From positions 2,480,991 to 2,544,990 of the forward strand of contig CBDBMD010000003.1 of NCBI GenBank assembly GCA_965207415.1: a stretch of 64,000 nucleotides of DNA. The letters run 5' to 3'. This document shows, one piece after another, positions 9,768-21,251 of this stretch (its first letter is position 1; every line of letters begins with the position of its first letter). The position numbers were made by a program, and so were the translations under genes. A model generated the notes under the pieces. The model was not told the DNA's origin. It saw nothing but the letters and a program-made list of their open reading frames with translations, and made no database searches. The stretch comes from Dehalococcoidia bacterium. Lineage in GTDB: Bacteria; Chloroflexota; Dehalococcoidia; UBA2979.

Positions 9768-9770
9768 TCG

Positions 9771-11740
9771 CTAGACCTCCCCGAGCGTCAGGGTCTGCTC
9801 GTAGCGTGGCCGCGCGCCGCGGGAGAAGCGCAGCCGCAGGCCCGCAACGCGAAACGGCGCGGCAGCGAGGCCGGCCGCCGCGTCGCTGACCTCGATGATG
9901 TCGCCGGGCTCCTGCGCGACGTTGGGCCGCACGAGCAGCTCGCCGCGCTCGACGGCGAGGCGAGACTGGCGCAGCAGCGTGCCGGCGCGCGCGTCGACGC
10001 GGTCCTGCGCGCCGAGATTCTCGTCGACCGCGATGACCGCACCCGCGCCCTCGGCGATCGCGGCTTCGTCGGTCGCCTCGGCGAAGACGCCGCTGCCGAA
10101 GACGCGCGCCCAGCCGGCGGCCGGGCGGCCCAGCTCGATCGCGTGCGCGAGGATGGCGTGGTCCGTGCCGTAGGCATAGTCGGCTGCATCGCCCGCGGAC
10201 GGCTCGGACAGCACCAACAGGCGGCCGTCGCTGCGCAGCCGGTCGGGCAATGCCCGCAGCAGCCGCCGCATGGCGGTCGCGCCCCGCTCGCCGGCGCGGA
10301 CGGTGAACGCCGGACGCAGTAAGCCCGACTCGGCGCTCGCCCCGCGCGCGGTCAGCCGCAGCCCGGCGCGCCGGGCGATCGCGGCGAGGATCTCGATCGC
10401 GCTCCGCTGTCCCGCCTCCCAGACGAGCTGCTCCGCGGCAACCCACGCCTCGAGCAGGCCGAGCCCGTCGACGGCGTCCACCTCGACCGTAGCGGCGCCG
10501 CCACTGCGACGCCGCCGCAGTGCAGCGATCCAGAAGCGCGGCCCCTCGGATGTCTCGGTGCCGGCCGCGCTGCGGTAGCCGGGCTGCACCCACAGCTCGC
10601 CGCCGGGCGCGAGGGCGATCGGGGCGCGGGCGCCGGCGTAGCGCCCGTCCTCGTTGCGCAGCGTCAGCCACAGCCGTCCCTGTTCGCGCTGATCGATCAC
10701 GGCCTCCAGCACGTCGTCCGTCAGCTCCTGCTCGACGTGCGCGATCGGCGCGCGCCAGACCGCGTCCGGCGCTGCGAGCCAGGCGGCGGCGGGCGACGCC
10801 GCTGCGCCGAGCCCGTACGGCGAGGCGTGGACGAAGGGACGCGGGTCGCGCCATTCGCCGTCGCCGTGGAGGCTACCGGCGAGGCCCGCCGCGATCTGCA
10901 CCCGGTCGTAGGCGCCCGTGCCGCGGTAGGACTCGACGAACACGGCCTGCGGCGCGCCGGCGCGCATCAGGCCGCTCGCGAGGTAGCTGATGCCCGATCC
11001 GGCGGCTGCCGAGGCGACCGCGACGAGCGGCAGCCAGTGGCCCGGCGGCCGCGCGCCACCCGAGCCGAGCACCGTCGACCAGACGCCTGCGACTCCGTCC
11101 GCGTCGGTCCCCGACACCAGCACGTTGCAGTCCACCTCGAAGTAGGCGGCGAGGCCGCTGACCGTCGCGAGCGAGCGAGACCAGGCGACGGGCGCGGCCC
11201 ACGCGCCGAGAGCCTGGCGGCGCACCGCGTAGACGGTCCCGTCGGAGGCGTAGAGCACGGTCGCGGACCCGTCACCCTCGAGCGCCGCCGCCACCGCCGT
11301 GACGGACGAACCGGCGGTCGCCACGGTGCGCGTCGCCCCGAAGCTGGCGCCCGAGTCCGCGCTCTCGCGCACCTCGACGCGGACGCCGTCGGGGCGGACG
11401 CTGGCGAGGATGGCGCCGCTGCCGGAGGCCGCCAGCCCGAGGCGTGGCGCGACGGCGACGGTCGCGACGGTGGTCCAGTCTCCGAAGCCCGCGCCCGACG
11501 CAGGGTCGGCCACCCGCTGGCGGCTGAGCGCGCCCGTCGCGGGGTCGATGCGTGCGCGCAGCAGGGCGCCGTCGCCCGCCACGGCGAGGGCGCACGGGCC
11601 GTCGGGCTCGGCGCCCTCGTGGCTGCGCTGCCAGCGCAGCCGGATCGAGCCGGCGTCCCGGTCGAGGAGCCGCACGCGGAGGTGGGGCTCGGCACTGGCC
11701 GACTGCTGGGCGGCGCGGAGGGTGGGGGTGAGCGCTCGCA
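9771..11740 (-). CDS. large Ala/Gly-rich protein of unknown function, phage structural-like (656 aa from MRALTP start)
   Basis: The ORF extends to 11921, but MRALTPTLRAAQ at 11740 starts just downstream of the connector-like gene and is the more plausible start. No catalytic motifs. Position after the connector suggests a head/tail accessory or other virion-associated protein. Confidence 0.45.
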
Positions 11741-11752
11741 TGCGGCTTCGGG

Positions 11753-12358
11753 TTACCCGTCGCTCGGCGAGGTGAGCACGCCCGAGCGGGCGCGGCGCGC
11801 GCGGCCGTGCCTGGCCAGCGCGCGGGCGAACTCGGCGAGCCGCTCCTGCGCCCAGACGTGGTAGTGCCGCCAGGTGTCCGCCCCGCCGACGTTCACGCGG
11901 TTGACCGCGAACGAGGCCCACTCCAGCGCCGCGTAGGCGCCCGCCCCCGTCGCCACGAGGTCATCGAGCGCGGGAGGCAGCGTGCTGCCGACCTCGTCGA
12001 GCGTGTGCAGCTTCGAGTAGTGGACCGTGACCGCCTCGTCCCCGTCCGGCGGCGCGCCGACCTGCAACGTCAGCGTGTCGCCCCAGAGCGAGAACGGCGG
12101 CCGCGAGGGCGGGTACAGCCCGACCGGGTACTCGACAGCGTCGACGCTGACGCGGTCGGTCAGGGCCGCGACGCTGAGGTCGCGGCTGCCGGCGACCGTC
12201 CGCAGCGCCGCGCTCGTCTCGAGCGGCGCGGCGAGCGAGAGCTCGCGGACGGCGCGCTCGATGTGCCGGTCGAGCGCCTCGTCGGGCCAGCGCTCGTTCG
12301 CCGGGTCGGTGTCGCGGAGGTCGCGGCGCAGCCGCGCGCGCATCGACGGCAGGTCCAT
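11753..12358 (-). CDS. phage gp6-like head-tail connector domain protein (about 201 aa)
   Basis: N-terminal MRARLRRDLRDTDPANERWPDEALDRHIERAVRELS resembles the gp6-like head-tail connector motif (by analogy, from memory, with K/RAHLRIDxDDDDALIxxLIxAAR). Start MDLPSM at 12358 is preceded by GAGGAAGAG. Confidence 0.4.
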   Translation of the reverse strand: MDLPSMRARLRRDLRDTDPANERWPDEALDRHIERAVRELSLAAPLETSAALRTVAGSRDLSVAALTDRVSVDAVEYPVGLYPPSRPPFSLWGDTLTLQVGAPPDGDEAVTVHYSKLHTLDEVGSTLPPALDDLVATGAGAYAALEWASFAVNRVNVGGADTWRHYHVWAQERLAEFARALARHGRARRARSGVLTSPSDG

Positions 12359-12469
12359 CTCTTCCTCGATTCGGGCTGGGGAGACCGGGGGTTGGCGGAG
12401 AGGGGTTGGGGAGGAGGGCGGCCGCCCGGCGCCGGCCGGACGGGCCGCCCTCGTGCTCACGGAGTCTGG

Positions 12470-13360
12470 CTAGGGGCGGACGCCGCTGAGCTTCGCGAGC
12501 TTGAGCTCGTTGAAGAGCGCCACGGAGACGTACCACTTGACCCGCACGCGAGTCGCGTCCTTCGTCTCCAGCGCACCGACGCGCTCGATCGTCAGCCCGC
12601 CGGGCGCGGTCAGCCCGGCCACGGCGCCCTCGCCGAACTGCAGGGCGTAGACCGTCGAGGTGTCCTCGGACGTGCCCGTGGTGTCGTCGTCGGCGATGTG
12701 GTCGTTCACGCCGATCGGGATGCCGTCGTAGAAGGCGACCATGCGGCCGAACTCGTCGCGGTCGTGCTCGACGACGCCGCCGCCCGCCGCACGCGCGAGC
12801 TTGTTGAGCGCCCGCCGCGAGCGGCGCGACATCAGCAACATTTCCGGCTTCCCGCCCCGCACCGTATCGATCAGCTCGTCGAGCTTGTCGAGGGTGAGCG
12901 TCGCGCCGTTCGCGCCCATCGAGACCGTCTGCGCCGCCGGGCACAGCTCGTCGAGGCCGTCGAACGACTTCGCATCGCTGCTCGTGTCGCCATTGATGAA
13001 CGTGTCGTCGAACTTCTGCTGGACGGACTTCGCCTTGAGCGCGACGACCGCCGCCTCGATGTCCTGCACGTTGTTGCGGGTGCGGGCGATGTAGTTGTCG
13101 ATGTCCGCGTCGCCGCCGAGGATCGTCAGCGCGGTCGTGATCTGCGTGAACGTCGGCGTGTCCTCGGACCAGGTGTCGCCCACCGAGTAGAAGCCGGCCG
13201 AGGCCGAGAGCTTCTCGCGGTTGTAGGTGAGGCCATTGCCGACGATCTCGATGAACGGCAGCCGCTGCAGGATCGGGCTGTCGTAGATCACCGTCTCGAT
13301 CACGCCCTCGAGCAGGACGTCGTTCGAGAGCTTCGCGCCTTCGGTCAGGGTCAGTGCCAT
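12470..13360 (-). CDS. phage major capsid protein (HK97-fold-like)
   Basis: 296 aa beginning MALTLTEGAKLSNDVLLEGVIETVIYDSPILQRLPFIEIVGNGLTYNRE. I recall this N-terminal pattern from proteins annotated as phage major capsid proteins in high-GC Gram-positive genomes. A scaffold-like gene lies immediately upstream. Confidence 0.55.
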   Translation of the reverse strand: MALTLTEGAKLSNDVLLEGVIETVIYDSPILQRLPFIEIVGNGLTYNREKLSASAGFYSVGDTWSEDTPTFTQITTALTILGGDADIDNYIARTRNNVQDIEAAVVALKAKSVQQKFDDTFINGDTSSDAKSFDGLDELCPAAQTVSMGANGATLTLDKLDELIDTVRGGKPEMLLMSRRSRRALNKLARAAGGGVVEHDRDEFGRMVAFYDGIPIGVNDHIADDDTTGTSEDTSTVYALQFGEGAVAGLTAPGGLTIERVGALETKDATRVRVKWYVSVALFNELKLAKLSGVRP

Positions 13361-13476
13361 CGTGTCGTGTTCCGTTCCTTCCGGCGCGCGCCGCGCGCCT
13401 TGCTCGCCATTGCCGCGGGCACGCTAGAGGCGTGCGCGCGCTGCTCCGAGGGCCATGTGGCAGCGCTCGCCGCCGG

Positions 13477-13965
13477 CTACGTCCGGCTCCGCTGCTCGAG
13501 GCCGTACGCGATCTTCTCGGCCGTGCTCATCGCCTCCGTGCGCGGTCCGCGCCGCTCCGGCGCACCGGCGGGGAAGCCGCGCGCCGCCTCGTCCTCCGAC
13601 TCGCGGGCGATCCGCTCCCGGATCTCCGCGACCGTGCGGCGCGCCGCCTCGACCGAGGCATCGACCGCCTCGGTGTCGTCGCCCTCGACCAGTTCGGGCG
13701 GTAGCGACGGCTCGGCCGTCAGCAGCGCACCGCGGTAGCGCGCGACGGCGGCCCGGCGCGCCGCGCGCTCGGCGTCGAGGGCGTCCCGGGCCTCCTGCAG
13801 CTCGCTGCGCAGCGTGGTCAGCTCGTCGTGTTCCGCCTCAGCGACGGCGGCGAGCTCTGCCGCCGCCTCGTCGGGCAGGTCGTCCCCGGACGGTTCGGGA
13901 TCCGCGATCGGCTCGCTCGAGGCCGCGTCCTCACCGTCCTGCTCAATCGCGTCGTGTTCGGTCAT
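13477..13965 (-). CDS. phage scaffolding-like protein (acidic, coiled-coil)
   Basis: 162 aa, very acidic (D/E-rich) N-terminus and heptad-like Ala/Glu/Arg-rich segments. It lies directly upstream of the capsid gene, the classical scaffold position. SD AAGGAGAG before the ATG. Confidence 0.4.
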   Translation of the reverse strand: MTEHDAIEQDGEDAASSEPIADPEPSGDDLPDEAAAELAAVAEAEHDELTTLRSELQEARDALDAERAARRAAVARYRGALLTAEPSLPPELVEGDDTEAVDASVEAARRTVAEIRERIARESEDEAARGFPAGAPERRGPRTEAMSTAEKIAYGLEQRSRT

Positions 13966-14080
13966 GCGTCTCTCCTTCGGTCAATCCGGTGTCCCGGATC
14001 AGCGTTGTCGAAGAGCACGCTGCGCGTTGCGCGCGGGAACTCCGAGCGCCGGGTGGCGCTCCGCGCTGTACGATCCGGCC

Positions 14081-14692
14081 ATGACGACTCCCGAGACCAC
14101 GGCTTCCGAGACGGCGGCTTCCGAGGCCACGCCGCCGCCTGACGGCGCGCGGATCACGATCCGCCCGCTTACGCCCTCCGACGTGCGCACGGTGCGGCGG
14201 CTGGAGCGCGCCGCCTACGGATCCGCCAACCCGCGCACCGCGTTCGAGCGCGAGCTGCGCAACGGCCTCGCGAACTACCTCGTCGCCGTCGACGCCGCGC
14301 CCGACGCCGCGCGGCCGCCGCGACGCGGGCTGCTCGGCTGGCTACGCCGGCGCCTCGGGGCTGCCGAGGGCCCGCCGATCCTCGGCTTCGCGGGCGCCTG
14401 GTACACGCATGAGCAACTGCACCTGGTCACGCTCGCCGTGGATCCGCGCAAGCAGCGGCAGGGCATCGGGCTCGCGCTGGTGCTCGCCGTCTGCGACCTG
14501 GCGATCGAGGCCGAACTCGACAGCGTCGCGCTGGAGGTGCGCGCCTCGAACGCGGGCGCGCTACGGCTCTACGAGCGCTGCGGCTTCCGTCGGGTCGGCC
14601 ACCTGCGCCGCTACTACAGCAACAACGGCGAGGACGCGATTGTGATGCTGCTGGACGGCCTCACCGCGCGCACGGTGGGCGAAGAAGACTGA
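14081..14692 (+). CDS. GNAT family N-acetyltransferase (RimI-like)
   Basis: Acetyl-CoA binding motif RKQRQGIGLALV (Q/RxxGxG/A), a C-terminal LYERCGFR motif and about 200 aa length. ATG at 14081 preferred over the longer ORF beginning at 13814. Confidence 0.75.
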   Translation: MTTPETTASETAASEATPPPDGARITIRPLTPSDVRTVRRLERAAYGSANPRTAFERELRNGLANYLVAVDAAPDAARPPRRGLLGWLRRRLGAAEGPPILGFAGAWYTHEQLHLVTLAVDPRKQRQGIGLALVLAVCDLAIEAELDSVALEVRASNAGALRLYERCGFRRVGHLRRYYSNNGEDAIVMLLDGLTARTVGEED

Positions 14693-14738
14693 GCGCAGGC
14701 CGCACGCGTGCCCTCAGAAGGACTGGCTCCGTCCGGCC

Positions 14739-14758
14739 CCCTCTCCCGGGGGAGAGGG
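14739..14758. terminator. GC-rich stem-loop between convergent genes (8-bp stem CCCTCTCC/GGAGAGGG, CGGG loop), no U-tract
   Basis: Seen directly in the sequence between the rimI-like stop (14692) and the stop of the 14857 minus-strand gene. Possible bidirectional, non-canonical terminator. Confidence 0.3.
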
Positions 14759-14856
14759 TGGGGGTGAGGGGGCTCGCCCGGCGCTGCTCCCGGCTCGATG
14801 GGTTGTTACGCCCTCGGAAGTGCGTGGCCGGCAGACGTGAGACGAGCGCGCTCGGG

Positions 14857-15204
14857 TTACGAGGCGGCAGCGGCCTCCTCGGCCTCTTCGAGTTCCGCCG
14901 CCGGGTCGTGGACGTAGCGCAGGTAGCGGTCGTCGCGCTCGCCGAGGAGGACCAGCATGCCCTCGGCCTCCTGCTCGCGTACCCAGCTGGAGAGCTTGGC
15001 GCTGTGGCCGAAGATCAGGAACGTCTCGCCGGTGAAGGAGAAGCGGCGGCCGTTGACGGTGACGTAGTAGGGCGGCGGACCGTCGTCCTCGTTGAAGTTC
15101 AGGACGAACACGTCGGCCTCTCCCTCGGAGAGCACCGTCAGGTCATCGAAACCGACTTCGACCTCGCTCACCGTCGCCTCCCTCGGCCGCCCGCACACGG
15201 GCAT
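14857..15204 (-). CDS. hypothetical protein (about 115 aa), immediately upstream of the VKOR gene
   Basis: An ORF with good codon usage running into the VKOR-DsbA genes. Start MPVCGRP chosen; the track ORF extends to 15273. No motif recognised. Confidence 0.35.
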   Translation of the reverse strand: MPVCGRPREATVSEVEVGFDDLTVLSEGEADVFVLNFNEDDGPPPYYVTVNGRRFSFTGETFLIFGHSAKLSSWVREQEAEGMLVLLGERDDRYLRYVHDPAAELEEAEEAAAAS

Positions 15205-15229
15205 CGCGCCAGATGATACGGGGGTCCCC

Positions 15230-15709
15230 CTACGAGGGGCCAGTGTCCGCCTCGATGTCACGAGGCGCCGCACGCAGGTCCGGCGCGGCGAGCAGCAGCA
15301 GCAGCGTCACGATCACCGCCGAACCCACGCACCAGACGCAGATCGCCTCGATCTCGAACAGCTCGAGCCAGGTCAGGTAGGCGGAGTAGAGCGTGCCGCC
15401 GAGGGCGAGCGCGAACGTCAGGCCTGCCAGCGCCTGCGGCGGCTCCTCGCCTCGCAGCGCCGCCCACCAGCGGCGCGCCGCGATCAGCGCGAGCAGCGCG
15501 AGGTACATGCCGAGGCCGAGCACGGCAATCGGCACGCCCGCGATCTCGGCGAACTCGGAACCCTGGACCGTCTGGCAGTCGCCGACGCCGGAGCACGCGG
15601 CCTCCTGACCCTCGTCGAGGGCGACCCAGCTGAGGTAGCCGGCGACCACGACGCCGGCGATCGCAAGCGCAAGCAGCAGGTCGTGGCGGCGGGCGAGCAG
15701 GAAGGCCAC
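15230..15709 (-). CDS. vitamin K epoxide reductase (VKOR) family membrane protein
   Basis: 159 aa with four to five TM helices. Loop cysteines CSGVGDC and active-site CVWC at the start of the last helix are the VKOR arrangement. Confidence 0.75.
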   Translation of the reverse strand: MAFLLARRHDLLLALAIAGVVVAGYLSWVALDEGQEAACSGVGDCQTVQGSEFAEIAGVPIAVLGLGMYLALLALIAARRWWAALRGEEPPQALAGLTFALALGGTLYSAYLTWLELFEIEAICVWCVGSAVIVTLLLLLAAPDLRAAPRDIEADTGPS

Positions 15710-15719
15710 GGTCCGGCGG

Positions 15720-16535
15720 CTAGCCGCCGTCGTCCGCCAGGAGGCCGTCGATCACCTCGCGGAAGGTTTCGATCGGCTGAGCCCCGGGAACCACTTGTCC
15801 GTTGATCAGGAAGTTCGGGGTCGACAACCTGCCGAGCAGACTCTGGAGCACCTGGGCGGACTGCCGGGCCTCCTCCTCGACGACCAGCTCCTTGATGCCG
15901 GACTCCACGCAGTCATCGAATCTGTCGAGGTCGAACGCGCCATCGGGCAGCTCGTCGGCGACCTCGCGCGCGAACCTCTTGAGGTTGCCCTCGGAGGCCC
16001 AGCCGGCGCGGCCCTGCCGCTGGAAGAGCACGTCGTGGTAGGGCCAGAACAGGTTCTGGTCGGCGGCGCACTCAGAGGCGGCGGCCGAGCTGACGGAGTC
16101 GGGCCCGAGCAGCGGGAGGTGGCGGAACTCGATCGAGACGAGGCCCTGGTTGATGTACTCCTCCTCGATCAGCGGCTTGGTGTCGCGGCTGAAGTCGCCG
16201 CAGTGCCCGCAGGTGTAGTCCTCGTAGGCGACGATGCGCACCGGCGCGTCGGGCGCGCCGAGGAGCTTGCCATCGACGGGCGCCGAGGATCCCTGGTACT
16301 CGAAGTCGCCCCCGCCGACGGCGTGGCTGCCGCCCGGCCGGTTGAACCAGATCAGCGCCGCGACGATCACGACGGTCGCGAGAACGACGCCGATGGTAAG
16401 GAAGCCGCCGAACGAATCGATAGTCGACTTCAGGCTGCGGCCCTCTTGCTGCGCCTGCTGCTCGGCCGGCTGCTCGGACTGCTGCCCGGCGCCCGGTCCG
16501 CCTCGGCGGCGGCGACGGCGACGACGACTACCCAC
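15720..16535 (-). CDS. DsbA-like thioredoxin-fold protein (membrane-anchored)
   Basis: N-terminal Arg-rich segment plus TM anchor, followed by the thioredoxin CGHC active site within DYTCGHCGDF. Adjacent to VKOR, the common actinobacterial/cyanobacterial DsbB-replacement pair. Confidence 0.75.
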   Translation of the reverse strand: MGSRRRRRRRRGGPGAGQQSEQPAEQQAQQEGRSLKSTIDSFGGFLTIGVVLATVVIVAALIWFNRPGGSHAVGGGDFEYQGSSAPVDGKLLGAPDAPVRIVAYEDYTCGHCGDFSRDTKPLIEEEYINQGLVSIEFRHLPLLGPDSVSSAAASECAADQNLFWPYHDVLFQRQGRAGWASEGNLKRFAREVADELPDGAFDLDRFDDCVESGIKELVVEEEARQSAQVLQSLLGRLSTPNFLINGQVVPGAQPIETFREVIDGLLADDGG

Positions 16536-16671
16536 GATGCCTCCGTCCGCTCACTGTCACGGGGCGCTGGCGGCCGCTTCGATTATCCGGCGGCGACGGG
16601 GGGCGGGCAACGGCGGGGCGGTGGTGCCGTGGGCAACGGCGGGGCGGGGGGACCACCCCCAACCAGCCGCC

Positions 16672-19113
<2,442 letters not shown>

Positions 19114-19155
19114 CGTATCACCCTTCGCACCACGTGACTTCCCGTCGTCTCGCAA

Positions 19156-19500
19156 TCAGCGCTGGCCGCGGCGCGGCGTGCGCTCCGGCAGCATCGAGCG
19201 CAGCCGATCGAGCTCGGCGCGCGTGTCGTCCAGTTCGGCCTGCAAGTCCTCGACGCGGCGGCTGAGCCGCAGCAGCACCTCGGCGCCCGCCAGGTTCACG
19301 CCGAGGTCCTCGACGTACTGGCGCAGCCGCCGCAGCACCTCGACGTCGCGCTGTGAGTAGAGGCGCTGGTTGCCGGCGCTGCGCGCGGGGGCGACGAAGC
19401 CCATCCGCTCGTAGGTGCGCAGCGTCTGCTGGTGGACGCCCACCATGCGCGCCACCACCGAGATCTGGAAGACCGGCTCGTCCTGCGGAATGTTGGTCAT
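19156..19500 (-). CDS. hspR: MerR-family heat-shock repressor HspR
   Basis: 114 aa. MerR HTH (FQISVVARMVGVHQQTLRTYERMGFVAP). Located downstream of a dnaJ-like gene and upstream of clpC, as in actinobacterial hspR units. C-terminal coiled-coil. Confidence 0.75.
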   Translation of the reverse strand: MTNIPQDEPVFQISVVARMVGVHQQTLRTYERMGFVAPARSAGNQRLYSQRDVEVLRRLRQYVEDLGVNLAGAEVLLRLSRRVEDLQAELDDTRAELDRLRSMLPERTPRRGQR

Positions 19501-19523
19501 GATCCGTCCGTCCAGTGTGCTCC

Positions 19524-20511
19524 TCAGGAGGAGCGACCCTCCTCGGCAGTCGCCGCCTCCACCGTCGCGGGCTCGTGTTCGCGCCCGTCCTCGCTGTCCC
19601 GCAGCTGCTCGAAGAGCGCGCGCTGGGCGTCGTCGAGCGGCTCGGGGAGGCGCAGCCGTACGCGCGCTAGCAGGTCGCCGTGGCCACCGCCGGACCGAGG
19701 CATCCCCTGGCCCGCGAGGCGGAAGACGCGCCCGCCCTGTGTCTCGGCGGGGATCCGCAGCGCCAGCGCGCGCCCCTTGAGCGTCGGCACCTCCGCCTCG
19801 CCACCCAGCGCGGCGTCGGCGACCGGCACGTCGATCTCGACGTGCAGATCGTCGCCGCGGCGATCGAACCGGGGGTGGCTGGAGACGGCGACGCGCAGGA
19901 AGAGGTCGCCCGGAGCGCCGCCGCCGCGCCCCGGACCACCCTTGCCGCGCACCCGCACGCGCCCGCCGTCCTGGATGCCGGCCGGAATGTCCACCTCGAT
20001 GCGGCGCGACTCGCCGGAGCCGCCGCGCAGCTCGATGGTGCGCGAGACGCCGTGGTAGGCCTCCTCGAGGCTGACACGCACGGGATGCTCGACATCCTCG
20101 CCGCGCGCGCGGGCAGGCCGGCCGCCGCCGCGCCCGAACAGCCCGCCGAAGAGGTCGCCGAGGCCGCCCCCGTCGCCACCGAGGTCGAACTCGACGTGCC
20201 GGAAGCCGCCGCCCGGACCACCGGGGCCGCCGCCGAAGCGGAAGCCGCCCGCGCCCTGGCGGCGCATCTGCTCCTCGATCTGCTCGGCGTTGCGCCAGTT
20301 GTCGCCGTACTTGTCGTAGGCGGCGCGAGTCTCGGAGTCGGACAGCACCTCGTGCGCGGCGCTGACTTGCTTGAAGCGCTCCTCCGCCTCGGCGTTGCCG
20401 GGGTTGACGTCCGGGTGGTACTGGCGGGCGAGCTTGCGGAAGGCATCGCGGATGTCTTTCTCGGATGCCGAGCGCGAGACGCCGAGGACGGAGTAGTAGT
20501 CCGTTGCCATG
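19524..20511 (-). CDS. DnaJ-like J-domain co-chaperone lacking the zinc finger (CbpA-type DnaJ)
   Basis: J domain [33 protein letters not shown] with the HPD motif, a G/F-rich region and C-terminal substrate-binding domains. No CxxCxGxG repeats. Start MATDYY at 20511. Confidence 0.75.
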
Positions 20512-20543
20512 CGGGCAGTATAACAGAATGACGTTGAGCGGTA

Positions 20544-20580
20544 CATACTATCTGAGCGCTTTACACTCATATCTATTGAC
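20544..20580. promoter_or_regulatory. two tandem HAIR-like (HspR-associated inverted repeat) degenerate sites TTGAGC-N7-ACTATC and CTGAGC-N7-ACTCAT
   Basis: The HAIR consensus CTTGAGT-N7-ACTCAAG is from memory. The second site matches spacing exactly with 3 mismatches. It lies 33-69 nt upstream of the dnaJ-like start and overlaps a TATACT -10 hexamer on the minus strand, 6 nt before that ATG. Confidence 0.3.
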
Positions 20581-20585
20581 ACCGC

Positions 20586-20615
20586 GCGGAGAGATACCAT
20601 AAGATACGGTTCGAC
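20586..20615 (+). promoter_or_regulatory. sigma-70-like promoter for hsp20 (TTGACA - 17/18 nt - ATAAGAT)
   Basis: A perfect -35 hexamer inside an AT-richer island, unusual for this genome. AAGGAGG SD at 20663-20669 before the ATG at 20679. Confidence 0.45.
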
Positions 20616-20678
20616 AGGGAGGGGACACGGCAAACCCCCTCGACGAGCGCGAACAGCGCGTAAGGAGGCATCAGACAG

Positions 20679-21140
20679 ATGGCACACAACACGAGCATCG
20701 TGCGGCGCGACCCGTTTACCGGCATGCGGCAGGTGATGGACCGGCTCTTCGACGACTCCTTCTTCCGCTCCGGCCCCGCCGGCTGGCCCGGCGCCGCCTG
20801 GAGCATCGAGGAAGGCACCCTGCCGGTCGACCTCTCGCAGGCCGACGGCGCGATCAAGGTCCGCGCCTCGCTGCCCGGCTTCAAGCCGGAGGACATCGAC
20901 GTGCAGGTCCACGAGGGCGTGCTCTCGATCAAGGCCGAGCACGACGAGGAGCACGAGTCCGGCGACGAGCGCTTCTACCGGCGTGAGCGCGTCAGCGGCT
21001 CCGTGAGCCGCCGCATCGCCCTCCCCGGCGTCGTGCGCGACGCCGAGGTGGACGCGCAGCTGGAGGACGGCGTGCTCACGCTGACGCTCCCGCTGCCCGA
21101 GCAGCCGCAGCCGAAGCAGATCGAGATCCAGACGAGCTAG
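20679..21140 (+). CDS. Hsp20/alpha-crystallin family small heat shock protein
   Basis: 153 aa. Alpha-crystallin domain with a conserved stretch ([18 protein letters not shown]) and IXI-like C-terminal motif IEIQ. Confidence 0.85.
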   Translation: MAHNTSIVRRDPFTGMRQVMDRLFDDSFFRSGPAGWPGAAWSIEEGTLPVDLSQADGAIKVRASLPGFKPEDIDVQVHEGVLSIKAEHDEEHESGDERFYRRERVSGSVSRRIALPGVVRDAEVDAQLEDGVLTLTLPLPEQPQPKQIEIQTS

Positions 21141-21184
21141 TTCCGCCCTCGCGGCTTCCCCGGCCGCAGCGGCGCACCGACGAC

Positions 21185-21222
21185 GGCCCCGGGGTTCGCC
21201 CCGGGGCCGTTGCTTGTCTCTG
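21185..21222 (+). terminator. Rho-independent terminator after hsp20: GGCCCCGGGG-ttcg-CCCCGGGGCC followed by GTTGCTTGTCTCT
   Basis: A perfect 10-bp GC stem with a tetraloop and a T-rich tail on the plus strand. It also sits after the convergent 21252 gene. Confidence 0.5.
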
Positions 21223-21251
21223 CGTCATGGCCATCGAACGGTTGGCTGCGG

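Noticed and set aside
9771-11921. Longer 716-aa version of the large module protein
   Set aside because: The extra 60 N-terminal codons overlap the connector-like gene and are Arg-rich. MRALTP at 11740 sits just after the connector stop and is preferred.
11807-13738. 643-aa plus-strand ORF antisense to the capsid/connector genes
   Set aside because: Low-complexity Arg/Gly/Asp-rich translation on the strand opposite clearly protein-like capsid and connector ORFs.
13814-14080. N-terminal 89-codon extension of the rimI-like ORF
   Set aside because: This part is Ser/Ala/Gly-rich low complexity and overlaps the scaffold gene start region. ATG at 14081 with MTTPETT gives a normal GNAT length.
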